A stretch of DNA of 59,726 nt from Oligoflexales bacterium (GTDB lineage: Bacteria; Bdellovibrionota_B; Oligoflexia; Oligoflexales; Bog-1112), in NCBI GenBank assembly GCA_045106415.1, contig JBGCEP010000037.1, positions 1 to 59,726 of the forward strand, given 5' to 3'. The notes below the pieces were generated by a model that saw only the letters and a program-made list of their open reading frames with translations, ran no database searches and had not been told where the DNA came from. Every line of letters begins with the position of its first letter. The first letter of the stretch is position 1. Positions 57,854 through 59,726 of this stretch are shown in pieces. The position numbers and the translations under genes were made by a program.

Positions 57854-59726
57854 ATGGCTGATGAAAAAGCCCTTTTCGAAAGAACAAAAAAGAAACTTCA
57901 AATCGTCGAGCAAATGCTCGAACAGAAGACAAGAGAAGCTTATATAGAAACTGAAAAAGCTCAAAGTTCTTTTAATTTCATGCAAAAAGTTTTTAACAAC
58001 ACACCAGACCCCATGCTTCTTATGGATAAAAACTATATTATTCAGGATATAAACAAATCTTTTGAGAAAAAATTTTTATATAACAAAGAAGAAATTATCC
58101 AGGAAAGTTTTTTTAAGCTTTGTGATAAAACAGAATTATTAGAAAATTTTGACATCAAAGAAATTAATAAAAGTACTGCCTCTCAGCAATTTTTCAAAAA
58201 AAATAACGATTCAATAACCGTCATGATGTCAGCATCAAAAGTTGATGATAATGAAGACGACACTCCTATTATTGTCTTTTTAAAGGACATTAGTCTAAGA
58301 GCGGAGCTTGATAAAAATAAAGAAGAAGAAAAATCAAAACTCGACTCCTTAGTAGAAGAGAGAACTAAAGAACTCGCCATAGCAACAACGAGAGCTGAAA
58401 AAGCAAATCATGCAAAAAGCTTATTCCTTGCAAATATGAGTCATGAAATCCGCACTCCTCTTAATGCTATTATTGCAATTTCTAGCCTCATGTTAAAGTC
58501 AAACAATCAAGAACATTTTATGTCAAGATTAGAAAAGATCTCTCTAGCAAGTGAATCTTTACTCTCTCTTGTTAATGATATTCTGGATTTTTCTAAAATC
58601 GAAGCTGGTGAATTTGCAATTGAAAAAACAACTTTTGATTTACATTCCTTAGTTAAAAAAACTGTTTCTACATTTGAAGAGATACTACCTGCAGATAATC
58701 ATATTACTCTCAGTTTATCAATTGATGACACTCTACATGAGGCTTACCAGGGCGATCCATTACGGCTTCGGCAAGTCATATCAAACCTTATTAATAACGC
58801 TATCAAATTCACACATGATGGACATATCCATATTAGAGTCATTAAAGAAAAAAGCTCAGAGTCAGATACTCAAGATTATCTTAGAATCGAAATTGAAGAC
58901 GATGGAATTGGAATGTCTTTAAAAACTCAAAAAAGCCTTTTTCGACCATTTTTACAAGCAGATATTTCCACAACACGGAAATTTGGGGGTACAGGTCTTG
59001 GTTTAAGTATCTGTAAAGAAATTATTAAAAAAATGCATGGCTCCATTGGTGTAAACAGTGAAGAAAATAAAGGGTCTTTATTTTACTTTGAAGTTGCACT
59101 CGAAAAATCGGAGAAAATTGAAGATGATTTCTCCTCTGAAAATCAATCCATTATTAAAGACTTAGGTAAAATACTGGTGGTTGAAGACAATAAAATGAAC
59201 CAAGAAGTCATGACTATGCTTCTAGATAATATGGATCTCCAATTCAAAATTGCTAGCAACGGCCAAATTGCTGTTGATATGTATGAACAAGATGATTTTT
59301 ATTTAATCCTTATGGATTGCCAAATGCCGATCATGGATGGATTCACAGCAACTGAAAATATCCGAGCACTTGAAAAAGCAACAAAAAGATCTCCCACCCC
59401 TATTGTAGCTATGACAGCAAATGCAATTCTTGAAGACAAAGAAAGATGCTTCACCGTAGGGATGAATGATTATCTATCAAAACCAGTCGATATGGATACC
59501 GTGACACATCTTGTTCAGCATTGGCAAAAAATTATTTTAAAAGAAAAAAATAATTCAAACCATATACATAATGATCCTAGTGACGACATAAACTCAGAAA
59601 AAGAAAACAACTCAGAAAAAGAAAACAACTCAGAAAAAGAAAACAACTCAGAAAAAGAAAACAACTCAGAAAAAGAAAACAACTCAGAAAAAGAAAACAA
59701 CTCAGAAAAAGAAAACAACTCAGAAA
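57854..59726 (+). CDS. PAS-domain hybrid sensor histidine kinase/receiver (3'-truncated, absent from ORF track)
   Basis: Manual translation from ATG 57854: EQMLEQKTRE coil, PAS-like segment, FLANMSHEIRTPLN, GDPLRLRQVISNLINNAIKFT, DDGIG, FGGTGLGL, VVEDN, MDCQMPIMDG, SKP; no stop seen before the window end. Confidence 0.95.
   Translation, partial: MADEKALFERTKKKLQIVEQMLEQKTREAYIETEKAQSSFNFMQKVFNNTPDPMLLMDKNYIIQDINKSFEKKFLYNKEEIIQESFFKLCDKTELLENFDIKEINKSTASQQFFKKNNDSITVMMSASKVDDNEDDTPIIVFLKDISLRAELDKNKEEEKSKLDSLVEERTKELAIATTRAEKANHAKSLFLANMSHEIRTPLNAIIAISSLMLKSNNQEHFMSRLEKISLASESLLSLVNDILDFSKIEAGEFAIEKTTFDLHSLVKKTVSTFEEILPADNHITLSLSIDDTLHEAYQGDPLRLRQVISNLINNAIKFTHDGHIHIRVIKEKSSESDTQDYLRIEIEDDGIGMSLKTQKSLFRPFLQADISTTRKFGGTGLGLSICKEIIKKMHGSIGVNSEENKGSLFYFEVALEKSEKIEDDFSSENQSIIKDLGKILVVEDNKMNQEVMTMLLDNMDLQFKIASNGQIAVDMYEQDDFYLILMDCQMPIMDGFTATENIRALEKATKRSPTPIVAMTANAILEDKERCFTVGMNDYLSKPVDMDTVTHLVQHWQKIILKEKNNSNHIHNDPSDDINSEKENNSEKENNSEKENNSEKENNSEKENNSEKENNSEKENNSE
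59591..59726 (+). repeat. Perfect 18-bp tandem repeat (AACTCAGAAAAAGAAAAC) x7.5, in frame NSEKEN
   Basis: Seven full units plus 10 nt up to the window end. Confidence 0.97.

Noticed and set aside
59515..59726. CRISPR array or antisense (FSFSEL)n ORF
   Set aside because: Units are contiguous with no spacers and no cas genes; the plus-strand frame continues the kinase

Overview
Mostly housekeeping bacterial chromosome, probably from a Deltaproteobacteria-like or Bdellovibrionota (Oligoflexia-like) organism. That assignment is inferred from RpoA '[11 protein letters not shown]' and the pilB-pilT-pilC and mfd-PPIase-surA gene orders, and was not verified. The minus strand carries the S10-spc-alpha ribosomal protein cluster (rpsJ to rplQ), which lacks rplX (L24), map and rpsD at their usual places. 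It continues with rimP-nusA-infB-rbfA-truB, metK, ruvA-ruvB and a large hypothetical gene. The right half has an SH3 lipoprotein, a four-gene operon with two Thr-nucleophile sulfatase-fold proteins, tRNA-Phe/secG/tRNA-Leu, kdsA, a DedA protein, type IV pilus motor genes, a PduO-type adenosyltransferase, trpS, IHF, lgt, gpsA, sodB, mfd, two parvulin/SurA chaperones and tRNA-His. It ends with an AT-rich H-NOX plus hybrid histidine kinase locus whose kinase runs off the window inside an 18-bp tandem repeat. Best leads are the missing L24 alongside divergent L23/L29, a ~400-bp element with 39-bp inverted repeats, a candidate structured S10 leader, four sigma-28-like promoters (including pilBTC and H-NOX), a possible catalytically dead AAA-like protein, and extreme strand compositional skew. 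No CRISPR array, rRNA gene or intact transposase was seen. All calls come from manual motif recognition; no searches were run.
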